From Takakia lepidozioides (lineage: Eukaryota > Plantae > Bryophyta): DNA of 64,000 nt. Each line of letters begins with the position of its first letter. Positions within the stretch are counted from its first letter, which is position 1. A model generated the notes under the pieces. It did no database searches. It saw only the letters and a list, made by a program, of their open reading frames with translations, and was not told where the DNA came from. The stretch is taken from positions 68,696,001 to 68,760,000 of the forward strand of contig CM060733.1 of the NCBI GenBank assembly GCA_030704615.1, in the 5' to 3' direction. Shown here one piece after another: positions 38,401-50,075 of this stretch. The translations under genes and the position numbers were made by a program.

Positions 38401-39247
38401 TGGACAAGACCAAGACCACCACAATGGAGAAATTCCATACCCAACAGATATGCGCTTACTAACTCCATTCCATGAATGGATTGAAGGTGCTGTCCAACGC
38501 AAGGTGAGTTCAGGTGAGTCCTATGATTTGGACATATGCCATTTATGTATACCACCGGCAGTACAGTCATTGGGCTTCAAGTCCATGTATGCTTACGGCA
38601 ATCACTTTCGAGCAATAAGTGATGGGACTGGCGCCAGAGACAGGGTGACATTTGATTCTGGAGTTGCTCAAGTATTCCATCAGGAAAGCAAAAACAGAGC
38701 AGGTATGTCCAGACGAGTGTTATCCCAATTGGAATATGTGGGTGTTGTAAGAGAAATAATTCAACTGGATTACGGAATTCTTCACCCAATTCTGTTCTTG
38801 TGTACATGGGTGAGGTCACACATGGTGGGCCGGAATGCCACCATGAAACGAGATGATTATGGCTTTCTCTTGGTTGACTTCAGTTGCATGTTGCCTGGGA
38901 TGGAGCAGCCCTAGACATTCCCTAGTCAGGTGGAGCAAGTTTTTTTCTCGGATGAAAAAAGTTCACGAGGGAACTGGAAGGTGGTCCTTCACAAGGACCC
39001 TCGATCCCGACGAGTGGTTCACGATATTACAGAAGTGGCACTGGGTGAGGGAGACATTTATGTAGGCATGGTGCCTCCTGAAATTCCTCATAACATCATG
39101 ACTGAGCTTGCTGTTTGTGTTCCTTTGAGTGAGGCAGATGAATTGGCCATTGCCAACTTGAATGCACCTGCAAGGCAGAGGCGAAATGGTAGAAGGCGGA
39201 GGCAAGCTCCACATGGGAGGTACCAAGCCAGTTGTGCTATGGTGTAG
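35435..39247 (+). pseudogene. CACTA TnpD/Tnp2 transposase (transposase-associated CPC domain, Transposase_21, DUF4218, DUF4216)
   Basis: Exon 35435-35653 (ILCPCNAC...HL); from 35882: IHACPKGC, RHFPIIPRL, LAWDGVNP, STWPVMLVNYNLPPW, WSIHDFPAYG, LDVMHCEKN, RWMYPMERY, EYVGVVREIIQLDY. Frameshift at ~36633; stops at 38206 and 38912. Confidence 0.92.
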
Positions 39248-40923
39248 AGTTGGTTTCTGCTATTGCATGTACTTTTCCAGGGTTTAGACTTGATACAGCA
39301 TGGTACCTTCCATGGGTGGGAGTGACTGAGCTGTTGGGGTGGGCAGAATTCTGACAAACACACTTTCATTTGTGACAGTGAACCCTAAACAGTCATGAAG
39401 CTGTGGCATGAATACTTTTCTGACCCTAATCAATGGTGGCCCAATTGTGGGAAAAAGGTGAATGCATGTTGGATTATAGAGAGTAGCAGATGCAATTGAG
39501 CATAGGAACTAGTGTGAGAAGTTGAGTTGGGTGTTTCCTTGAACAAATGTAGGCTATTCTTGTCAGTTGCTACCAGCAAGGCAATGATGTATGCATGATT
39601 TGTGAGAGGCATGGATAGCTGAAGGAGCAGGGATAGAGTGTGGGTCCAGATTCATCGGTGAGGGCCACATTTCAAGCACAACGTTGCCTATGATTCCTTG
39701 TGGAAGGATTGGTACAAGAAACCTGCATGGGTAGATGGTCAACTGGAAGCCGCAGCAGCAGCGGCACAATTGGTAAAATCAGGCGATGAGGGCACCTTCT
39801 TCAACACATTTCAGCCTGTTTTTCCCCCTTATCACAATCGGCCCTAAATTTCCATGTTGAATTATGCAAGTTAGCTGGTTGACTGAATCTTTGATAGATT
39901 GGAGTGACTTTGACATGATACTGCCAATGTGACAACAGGAAAGTATCCAGAAACACGTACAAGAGATGAGGAGAAGGTGTGGAATGAATACTTTCCTGAT
40001 TTGGTCAAGTTTAGGGAGTGTTCAACACCATGGCTGAACAAGATGTGGTGTCGTGGAGCGCGATGCTTGCAGGATGTGCACAGCAGTGAAGTGGGATGGA
40101 GCCTTTGAATTGCTGAATTGGCCATTGCCAACTTGAATGCACCTGCAAGGCAGAGGCGAAATGGTAGAAGGCGGAGGCAAGCTCCACATGGGAGGTACCA
40201 AGCCAGTTGTGCTATGGTGTAGAGTTGGTTTCTGCTATTGCATGTACTTTTCCAGGGTTTATACTTGATACAGCATGGTACCTTACATGGGTGGGAGTGA
40301 CTGAGCTGTTGGGGTGGGCAGAATTCTGACAAACACACTTTCATTTGTGACAGTGAACCCTAAACAGTCATGAAGCTGTGGCATGAATACTTTTCTGACC
40401 CTAATCAATGGTGGCCCAATTGTGGGAAAAAGGTGAATGTCTGTTGGATTACAGAGAGTAGCAGATGCAATTGAGCATATGAACTAGTGTGAGAAGTTGA
40501 GTTGGGTGTTTCCTAGAACAAATGTAGGATGTTATTGTCAGCTGCTACCAGCAAGGCAAGGATGTATGCATGATTTGTGCAGAGGCATGGATAGCTGAAG
40601 GAGCAGGGATAGAGTGTGGGTCCAGATTCATCGGTGAGGGCCACATTTCAAGCACAACATTGCCTATGATTCCTTGTGGGAGAATAGCTACAAGAAACCT
40701 GCATGGATAGATGGTCAACTGGAAGCCGCAGCAGCAGCGACACAATTGGTCAAATCAGGCAATGAGGGCACCTTCTTCAACACATTTCACCCTGTTTTTC
40801 CCTCTTATTAGAATCGGCCCTAAATTTCCATGTTGAATTCTGCAAGTTAGCTGGTGGTGGACACATGTATAGCAAATGTGGGAGCACTGAGGATGCGTGT
40901 TCAACACTATGGCTGAACGAGAT
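39139..40923. repeat. Internal tandem duplication in CACTA (~740 bp core, ~975 bp period)
   Basis: TGAATTGGCCATTGCC...GCAAGTTAGCTGGT at 39139-39879 and 40114-40855, highly similar. Confidence 0.9.
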
Positions 40924-41869
40924 TGTGCGTTTGCAGTGCGTGTGCAAGTCTGGCAGCTTTGGATGCATCACCAAAGTTGGAATTGAAGGACACCCGTAGC
41001 AAAAAAACCCTGCTGTCTCAAAAAAGGAGGCAGTCACAAAGAGCAAGGCACTTTGTCCAAGCTTCTCGAATCTAGCAACAATGTGGACAGGGATTGAGTC
41101 ATTGGGAACAATTTATGTAAGGTGGCGAAGAAAACCTTGTCTGAGGATCACTGGATATTTCTCTAGTACGGTTGGACTAGTAGAGATTGAAATCCGTGCT
41201 CAGCTCAGCTTCAGACTGTCTCATTGTGAAGGGTCACGGTTGACTGGACAGAAATGGGATTGACATTGTCGGGCTCCCAAATCTCTGAGACGACATGTGG
41301 TAGTTTTATCTATAGCTTCTCAAAGCAATTGTTTTACATTGTTCATTATAGTGTGACATTCTCATAACGATATTGTCGTCAGCTGCATGAGCAGTGCATC
41401 TTTTTGGATTGTTGGTCCCCATAACCCTAATAACCTTTTTGAACTTTTTAAATTCTTTAAACAAAAGTCTATGTGTTATGTCGTCCAAGGCATGTTGAAT
41501 AGAGGTGGAAGTCATTTTATCCATCCATCTTCCACCTGGATGGTCAATGGGCCAAGTCATATCCACCTTGATGGTCAATGTGCCACGCCATATAGTTGCC
41601 CCAAATTCCTGTAGGACATCTGACACTCACCTCACACTCCATGACTCATTTGACACTCATGTCAAATGCCCCATATGAATTATCTTGGTCAACATCTGTT
41701 GACCGTATGGGTGTCATTCGAGTGTGAAATTTGTAACACCATGTGGCTTTTCCTACAATGATCCAAATCACACCTTGCCTTGTCTCACATGGGTGTAAGA
41801 AGAGCCGTTCAAAGTGCCAGGTGTGAACTATGGGTGGTGTTGGAAAAACCGGTTTCTGTAGTAGTGGAA

Positions 41870-44460
41870 CCGATTGGGAGAGACCTATTTCTGAGGGAGT
41901 TGGAGGCCGCTAGCATCCGTTGGGAGGATATGAATGAGACGTACTGGGTGCCTCGTCGGGATGAAGGGCCATTTCTTCCAGAGTTGCACAGAGACCCCCA
42001 ACAGGAGGAGGTGTTGGACAATTTCAAGGCTGTCATCACGAGTGTTGTAAAGTATTGGCAGAACACATGACGTGACCAAGTTGCCCCTATTCCAGGGGTG
42101 TTCTTGCCACTTCCAAACATATCGGATTTAATTGAAAAATTGCATGAAGTCGTAGCAAGAGCGACACACCCGGTTCTGGCAAATGTGGAAGAGAGTCAGC
42201 ACTCGCCTAGAACTCTACGCATGATGACAAGGGTGCACTCAATCTTACAATCAGACCCACTGGAATGCCACCTCTGTCAGTTCCCTCTGTCCATGGGGAA
42301 GGTGCTTGCACGCTCGCCCCCCCACGCTTCTTGTCAGACGCCACAATTATTGGTTTGTGCAGCGCATCTGCACTGGTCATATACCTTCTGACTGCATACC
42401 GTTGGCAGTTATTGCGCAAAGGCCAGGGGCCGCATTCTTGGACTACAGCAAGTTCGCAATTAAATCCGTTACATGCCTTCCCGCAGACGTCGACGGTAAT
42501 ATATTCTTTGAGTTCCCTCCTCGAACGGACTATTCGAGGGCGTCCGGAATGTTGACAGATATGGATAGGAAACATGACGGTCATCCTTGGTGCGTCACCA
42601 AAACCACCAGCATGAAGATGTTCGATGGTGTGCGGGTGTGCTACGTTGTTTGTGCGGGCGCGCTGCGGTGTTTCTCTCCAACTTGCTTCCACTTTAAATC
42701 CAAAGGTCACAAGAACGAGACGGATTGGACAGACACAACTCATCAACCATTTTGAGCTCAGGAGAAGGTTCCAAACTCCACATTTAAGTGTGCGCATTGC
42801 AAAAGAACCACCACATTGCATGTCTGTTTGTAATGCCAAGCAGTTCTATGTGTTGCACCGTTTCCCTGACCTCACACGAGCTTGCATACACGTTGGTTCC
42901 CATTGTCACAAATTGGCGAGGGGGAACTCGCGGGAGGCTGCCCACGAGGCAGAGCAGCTCGTGAAGGAGGAGGTTAAGTTGAGACCTGGTGCCAAACCCA
43001 AACAGATACACACTGACTCCAGCAATGCCTCCATTTCCTTCTCATCGAGAGGAGCTCTGTCGGAGCCGTCTTCCGACATAATTCTGGCCAATGCCATCTT
43101 ATGGGCGGCCTGTTCACCGAATGTCCGAAACCACATTGTCTCCTGCAAACAGAGAATTGGGCCTGGCTCGGATATGCACTCCATTCTGGAGGTGAAGCGA
43201 CGATGTGGATATGACTACATTCATGGAAGTAGGTTTCTAGGACAAGGGACTGAGGCAGATCGCTGTTTCGTATTCAAAATGTCAACGTGTGGGCCTCGGA
43301 GCGGCGTCGAACTGGTCCACCGGATGATGAGTGGGGACTTGTCAAACAGTTGGGTCATGTTCGACCATATCAAGCGAATTACAAATCACCAGTGGGTGAC
43401 AATGGGTGCACATGTCTACGACACCCACTGCAGGATGCTAATGACAATTGTTATTTGTGAGATGAAAAGAGAGGATACACAATCGGAGATACTTCTTTGG
43501 CAGGGAATAAATGAACAGATGGCCAGGGCAGGATTGCCCCCTCCCAATTTCCGTGGTTTCATGGCGGACAACACACAAGCAAATTGGGCTGCCATCCGAA
43601 GGGTGTACGGGGAAGACCCCAATGTTCCGATGAAAAGCAAGGAGAGATCTTGTGGGTTCCATTTTCTGCAGAGCTTGTACACAACCAGGCTCGTGGCGCT
43701 AGATTTTAGAGATGAGCACCGTTCCATGTGGAAGCGTGCTCCCACCTTGGATGATGCAGAGACACAGTTTGCATGTATACGGGTTTGGTGGACAACGTCA
43801 GGTGCTATAAAGAAATCAGACGAAGGAGCAATGGTCAGTTGGCTAGCATGGTGGCATTATCGTTTCCTCCAGTTCGGCGACTATATGCGGGAGGTGAGTT
43901 GGACGAATTTGCGTCCCGTTGAATATTATGCTAGCTACTCATTATTTGTAATTTGCTTTGTAACCTCAACATGTGCATGTGCAGGAAATGTGTCTCGACT
44001 CTGACACCGACATGCCGACAACAAACATGGCCGAATCAGTACATTCTTCCTGGCGTGCCTCCTCTGCGGCGCATCTAGTGGACATCCTCACTGCCACAAC
44101 GGAGGACATTGTGAGGTCAATTATGCAGCAATGCAGGTACAACGAGTTCTTGAAAGGGAAACAGTGGGGCTTGGGGCCGGACAGGCAGGAAATGCTAGTG
44201 TGGACTGCCTCCAGATCGAAGAATCCTTGGAAGTGGGCGGCAGCCTTGCGAGAGGGCCTTCAGGACACGCCATTGCTTCGAAGTGGCCAACACTTGGAAG
44301 GAGATGTTCACACCCGTCCAGTGAGACGAAGACTTGACGAGGCACCTGGCGGAGAAGAGGATTCATGGCGAGCTGACAAGAATATTCGCACGCTCCCTCG
44401 TGGACCCGTGATGTTGCCCGATGAGGTCTCGTCGAGCACCGCAAGTCCGAGGTCTGAAAA
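41870..44460 (+). pseudogene. MULE-like transposase pseudogene (GCM-like plus DDE; SWIM region missing)
   Basis: DGHPWCVTKTT..C.G.LRC...C, CAHC, C...C, HVGSHCH and the DDE core, with stops and frameshifts. Similarity to copy 2 ends at SPRS (~44455). Confidence 0.8.
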
Positions 44461-45322
44461 AATGGCGCCGAATCTCCAGTTACATGGCCCAAGAACTGCC
44501 CAACATTTGTGCAATCCCCGGCACTATGTACCGAAATTCGGCGTCACATTTCCAAATTTTGGGCTTACACACCTGTCATGTTAGGACCTATAGCCGCGAA
44601 ATTCGGCACCATTTTTCGCCGGAGACACCTATTATCACGAAATACGTCGCAGATTTCTCCGGTTTCGAAACCTATTACCGCGAAATTCGGTGCCATTTTT
44701 GCAGATGTCGCTCAGAATTCGCATGAGCGGAAGACGAAATATCATGAGCACGGCTCTCAAAACTACAATTTTTAATTCAAACAATGAATATTATATTGGT
44801 TTTTTCTCTTCCAAACACATTATATATATATATATATTTATTTATTTATTTATTTATTTATTTCCAAAATTTGTACTTCTGCTCATGAAAACCGATTGTC
44901 TTGCTACTCCGCTCATGCCGCTCATGCTCATGAAATAGCTAACCTCCACTGGCTCAATCTACACCATCGAAATTTTACAGGGGTGTCAAATTTGGTGTAA
45001 GAAAAGCCAGGTGTGAACTTACCCTTGATGTAGAAAAGCCAGTTTCTCATGTAATGGATCGAATTCCACTTCGTCGAATGCATGTGGCACCATGACATGA
45101 CTGCATCTTGCAACTTTAGAAGGAAGCGTGCTTTCGACAAACAAGTGGAGCTCGAGCGAGAGAAGAACCATAAATACCCCGACTTCAGGTTTGTAATGCA
45201 ATTTCCCCTCTCTGGAGCCGACAACGGCCATGTGCACAACGGCTATGCTCACCTTCTGGACTCTTCTTTCAAAAGACTCCTGCTGCATTTCAACTCTGAG
45301 GTCTTCCATTGAGAGAGTCCGG

Positions 45323-45733
45323 ACGGAAATGCGGCACCGTATTTCCGTTCTGAGTATAACTGACGAAAGAGTTGAACGGAAATGCGGTGCCGCATTTCCG
45401 TCCGAGGTCTTCCAGTCAATGCGTTAGGACGGAAATACGGCATTGCATTTCCGTTCCACAGTGTAAATCACAATATGGTGGAACGGAAATGCGGTGCCGC
45501 ATTTCCGTCCGAGGTCTTCCTGTCAATGCGGTTGGACGGAAATGCGGCACCGCATTTTTGTTGTGGATGTAAGTCATGAAACAGTGGAACGGAAATGCGG
45601 TGCCGCATTTCCGTCCGGGGGGTTACACTTTCGAAGAGGTGCAACGGAAATGTGGCGCCGCATTCCCGTGCAGGCTCGCACTGTACGATCAATGAACACG
45701 TGGTCCAATGGAAATGCGGCACCGCATTTCCAT
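45323..45733. repeat. Array of eight 26-bp palindromes ACGGAAATGCGGNNCCGCATTTCCGT, ~53-bp period
   Basis: Copies start at 45323, 45376, 45429, 45483, 45536, 45589, 45644 and 45708, with mostly different spacers. Confidence 0.9.
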
Positions 45734-45974
45734 GTGGCTCCGCCAGGGTTGCACACGTCAGTGACGACACGTCACGTCGGACCTAACGCTGACGCGACCA
45801 ACGTCATGTCAGTTTTGCCGAAAAATGAGTAAAACATGAGTTAGGTGAAAAATATACCACGTAGGTGGACACGTTGTATTCCAAGCGACACCTTGGCAAG
45901 TGAATGAATTGTTTTATAAATTACTCCATCCGCCATATTTGAGGTCATTTTTAAATCATTATTGTTAAATTGGT

Positions 45975-48900
45975 GTGACCTCCAAATGGTGGTGGTCGCA
46001 GAATTTATCTTATTTTTTAATAGTTGCGACCACCAGCAGAGGGGTTGTCGCAACATTTTTTGTTTTTTAAAAATAGATGCGACCACCAGCAGGGGTGGTC
46101 GCATTTTTTTCTTTTCTTAAACAGTTGTGACCACCGCTAGTGGTGGTCGTACAATTTTTATCTTATTTGTAATAGGTGCGACCACCATCAAGGGGGTGGT
46201 CGCAACATTTTTCTATTTTTTAATATCTGCGACCACCAGCATGGGGGTGGTCGCAACATTTTTCTGTTTTTTTAATAGGTGCGACCACCAGCAGGGGATG
46301 GGCGCAACAATTATTTATTTATTTATTTATTATTATCTCTGTGACCACGAACATGGAGGTGATCGCAACATTTTATTTTTTTTAATAGGTGCGACCACCA
46401 ATAGGGGGGTGGTCGCAGTAATTTTCTGTTTTTTAATATCTGCGACCACCAGCATGAGGGTGGTCGCAGCAGTTTTTTTTTAAAAATATTATGCGATTTC
46501 CACGTGCGACCTGGAGCGGTTGCAACATTGGATTCTGATTCGTCGAGCGTGTGAGGCTTAGAGGCTGGAGGGTATATAAGGTGGTCCCAATGCCCCTCAC
46601 TTCTTTTGTGGCAAACACTTTTGTGGCGAATGAATGTTCTCTATTCCTTGAGCAAGAGTGTAAGCCCAAGAGGAGGGTGCAGACCGTTTGCTGTTGTGGC
46701 TTCCACCAGAGCCACTGCAGCAAATTGTTGAAAAGCACAATACTACATGGTGCATTGATCCACTTGGATTGATGCCGTAGTGTTGGGCCATCACATTGTG
46801 TTCTAACTTCTATTGCTCTTGACAAATCTACCAAGTACACTAGTGTTCTTCGTTCAACCTTAAGTCTGTGGTTAGGGTTTTGGGTGTGAGGATGAGGGAG
46901 GAATGGATCCCTTGGTTCACCGTAGACCCGCACAAAAAGGACGGTGTACAATGCAATCTATGTGCATTGAAGCTGGCGGGTCACAAAGATCGCATGTTAT
47001 ATCACCTCGGCTATAGAGATGGGAAGAATGCAGGGGTTAGTGTGCCCAAAAGCCTCCATGCGAGTGAAAGCCCACTTTGCCCAATGTGGAGGCAATATCC
47101 CACCGTCTCTTGATGTGGCCGCGGCTTCTGAGCCAAACACTCCAGGTTCGAATCAAAATGTCCCTCAGAGTTGTACCCAGGGGGATTCTTGCAAGGCGTC
47201 TGCTGTTCGTGGAGAAGCCGGTGGGTCATGAGCAACACCTGATTGTACGCCAACACTTGTACGGACCAGACCATTGAGGCAACAATCAATGCAAGAAGGA
47301 TTAAATTTGTCGCACAGGAGAACTCTAGATAAGAAGTGGGCCCAATTTTTCTACGAGGCTAATATTCCGTTCAATATCTCAAGACTTCCTGCGTTTGTGG
47401 CTGTTGTCAAAGCCACGTCCGATTCCAAGTCCACATATACACCTCCGAGTTATCGCGATCTCTGCACAAGATTGCTAGAATAGGCTATGTCTGACCTCAC
47501 CCAAAAGGTGAATGAAAAGACAGGTGATTCTCTCCGGAAATATGGAAGCACTATATGTGTGGACGGTTGAAGTTCTGTTACTAATCGACCACTGTTCAAT
47601 GTCATGTTGGTCTGTCCTGCGGGGGAACAATTTTTGGGATCCGTTGACACAAGCGGGGAGAAAAAAGATGCACGTTATCAAGCAGGGTTGTTAACGAGTT
47701 TCATCGATAAAATTGGAGCTGATAAAATTGTCCAAGTGTGCACGGACAATGCATTTAACATGGTTAATATGGCCGATATTTTGATGGTACGATATCCCCA
47801 TCTATATTACCAAGGGTGTGCTGCTCATATCTTTTATCTCCTTTTGGAGGATTTGCTCAAAGACTTGGACTTACGAGAGTCACGTAAGGTGCCCACATAT
47901 GCATCCCATTGAGGGTCGATGATCACCTGCTCCAGACCCGCCCAGTCGGAGGGTTCGCGCAATCATTCGCTCCGACAATTTCTAGGCAAAATGTGCAAAT
48001 TTTGTGTACATGGTGGAGCCGGTGTTGATTGCTTTGCGCAAGTTTGATGGAAAACAACCAATAATGGGTAAAACATGGTTGATATTGGAAAACCTTGAGA
48101 AGCACATGCAATCCTTGAGGCGTCCTCCATTTTCTATGGACGATGATTTGGCGGCAAGGACCGATGATGCATTTTACGACCGCAAACGGATGGTTCGCAC
48201 GGACTTGCATTATGCGGGGGCCTTGCTGAATCCATTCTTGCTGGATAATACGGATTTGAGAGACGATGTGGATGCCAAAGCCGGGCTTGTACGGGTCATC
48301 ATGCAATTCGCGCCCTTGAACATGACAAAGCGAGCTTTGTCCGAGTACCAGTGCTTCTCGGATCGGCAGAATCTTTTCCATGACATGCCGGATCCAAAAA
48401 TGAACATGTTGCCACATGAATGGTGGGATCTGATTGGAGCTGGAGCAAGAACGTTAGCTCCCATTGCAAAGCGTATTCTTGCTCAAGTGTGCTCTGCCTC
48501 GTCCTGTGAGCGGAACTGAAGCAGTTACTTGTTTGTTCACAACAAGATTCGCAACAGGTTGAATCCTGCCAGGGCTGACAAATTGGTTTATGTCTACACG
48601 AATTGTAGGCTACTGTAAGAGAGGACAGCAAGTGACGCATCTGCATGGTACGAGAAGAATCTGTTGTTTGAAGAATCTGCCTCAGAGGTCCAATCTAGCA
48701 GCAATGATGACACCGACGCCGCGAGGGACTCCGACTCCGACGGTTGGGATGGGTCCGATGATGTGGGCAATCCTCCACATGACCCATATGAATTTAATGA
48801 CGATGATGCTGCAATGCATCCATCGTTCGATGACTTTGTTGTTGATGAACTGCGGCATGGTGTCATCCCAATTGCGGACCCCCTTCCCCCAGTGGAGCAC

Positions 48901-49890
48901 ACTCTCAACAATGAAGTTGAGGTCAACTCTCCCCCACCACGAGTTCCACGGACTGCGGGAGATGTGCAGGTCGAATCGTCGGATGATGACAACCGGACGT
49001 TGTCATTCCTTCACCGACATCTTGCCCCTGTGAACCGTGCTTCATCTCACGCCGCTCCATCTCATGTTTCTCTTTCTCAAGCCGGTTCATCCCATGCTGG
49101 TCCATCTAGTCTCTCTTCCCCTCATGTTATTCCTTCCATCGCTACTCCAATTTTGGGAGATGCTTCTTCTGCTGCGGGACTTCTGCAAGTCGAACCATCG
49201 GATGACGACGACCGGCCATTGTCGTTTCATCTGGCCCGACGACGTCCGCATGTGAACCGTGCTCCCTCGACCCTCGCTGGTCCATCTCATGATCCCAGCT
49301 TTTCACAATTGTCTCGTCCACCAAGACCTCCTTTCCACTGGCATCGCACAAGGACACATAAAACACCGGAGAACCCTCTATGTATCCGTGACTAAAATCT
49401 TGCTCCAACTTGGACACATCCCCCGTCAGCCCTTCTAGAAGCCCGCCGACCCTGGGAGCCTTCTAGAAGGCCTGAACATCAACCCTGCAGGACTCCCTAT
49501 TCTAAATTTAGCCAATTCTTCCATTCTTTTTTTGGACCCCCTCATCTCATTCCTTAATAAACGTGGTCTTCCTTCATAGGCGCCCCACTCTAATTCCTGG
49601 GCCACAGTAATTCCTGGACCACTCTAGAATCAGGGCCCGAATGAAACTGCTCTACATATTATTCACACATATTTAACAAAAAGAAAAATGGTCCGACCAC
49701 CCCCCTGCTGGTGGTCGCAGCTATTTAAAAATAGAAAATTTTGCGACCACCCCCTTGCTGGTGGTCACCCCTAAAAAAAAATGGTGCGACCACCCCCCTA
49801 CTGGTGGTCGCAGATTTTTATTTTTATTTTTATTTTTTATTTTCTTGGGAAACACCTGGGAGCGACAGCTCGCAAATCAGGCCCCTTAGT
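45975..49890 (+). mobile_element. hAT-superfamily element (BED, DUF659, hAT dimerisation domain), decayed
   Basis: Transposase remnants flanked by GCGACCACC..GGTGGTCGC hairpin arrays in inverted orientation (45975-46470 and 49690-49812). Exact TIRs and TSD not identified. Confidence 0.75.
46892..49395 (+). pseudogene. hAT transposase pseudogene
   Basis: VQCNLC...HL...CPK (BED); FFYEANIPFN; DG*SSVTNRPLFN; VQVCTDNA; GCAAH; WWDLIG...RILAQVCSASSCERN*S...RNRL. Many stops and frameshifts. Confidence 0.88.
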
Positions 49891-49974
49891 AGTGAGAGGA
49901 GAAAATAACCTCTTTCATTTATGCGCCAAGAGGCGTAGGAATGGGGCACCACACACGAACCATACCACACCCAT

Positions 49975-50046
49975 CAAGTAGCAAGATTTGACCCCAAAAT
50001 CGTCTGGGTCGCACTCAGTGCACTTAACCAACTGAGCTACTGACTG
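49975..50046 (-). pseudogene. tRNA-like / SINE head remnant
   Basis: Minus strand GTAGCTCAGTTGGTTAAG (A box) and GGGGTCAAATC (degenerate B box). Confidence 0.5.
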
Positions 50047-50075
50047 TTGGTAGATATTAAAAAATCGGAAAATTA

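Larger units (their letters stand above)
28429..41866. mobile_element. Complete CACTA (En/Spm) transposon, 13,438 bp
   Basis: TIRs CACTAGTACAGAAACTGGTTTTT (28429) and AAAAACCGGTTTCTGTAGTAGTG (ending 41866); 3-bp TSD GAA at 28426-28428 and 41867-41869; shared subterminal motif AACGGCTCTTCT(C/T)ACAC in inverted orientation. Confidence 0.96.
26290..44946 (+). mobile_element. MULE/MuDR-like element copy 1 (GCM-like Zn domain plus DDE), interrupted by CACTA; left boundary uncertain
   Basis: ORF 28177-28428 joins in frame to 41870 onward across the CACTA. DDE motifs WVMFDHIKR, FMADN, CGFH and TTNMAESVH; intron 43894-43984. Right end GCTCATGAAATAG..AACCTC is shared with copy 2. Confidence 0.7.

Noticed and set aside
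45323-45733. CRISPR-like repeat-spacer array
   Set aside because: The context is eukaryotic with introns, there are no cas genes, the repeats alternate orientation, two spacers are near-duplicates, and the motif recurs at MULE ends.
45975-46470. CRISPR-like hairpin array
   Set aside because: Spacers are low-complexity A/T tracts and the arrays flank a hAT transposase in inverted orientation, as subterminal repeats do.
49885-49893. TAGTAGTG as a second CACTA end
   Set aside because: No partner CACTA TIR or 3-bp TSD was found, and the adjacent coding sequence is hAT.
49975-50046. Functional tRNA gene
   Set aside because: The anticodon and T arms are degenerate; treated as a SINE or pseudo-tRNA remnant. 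The same applies to 25038-25111.
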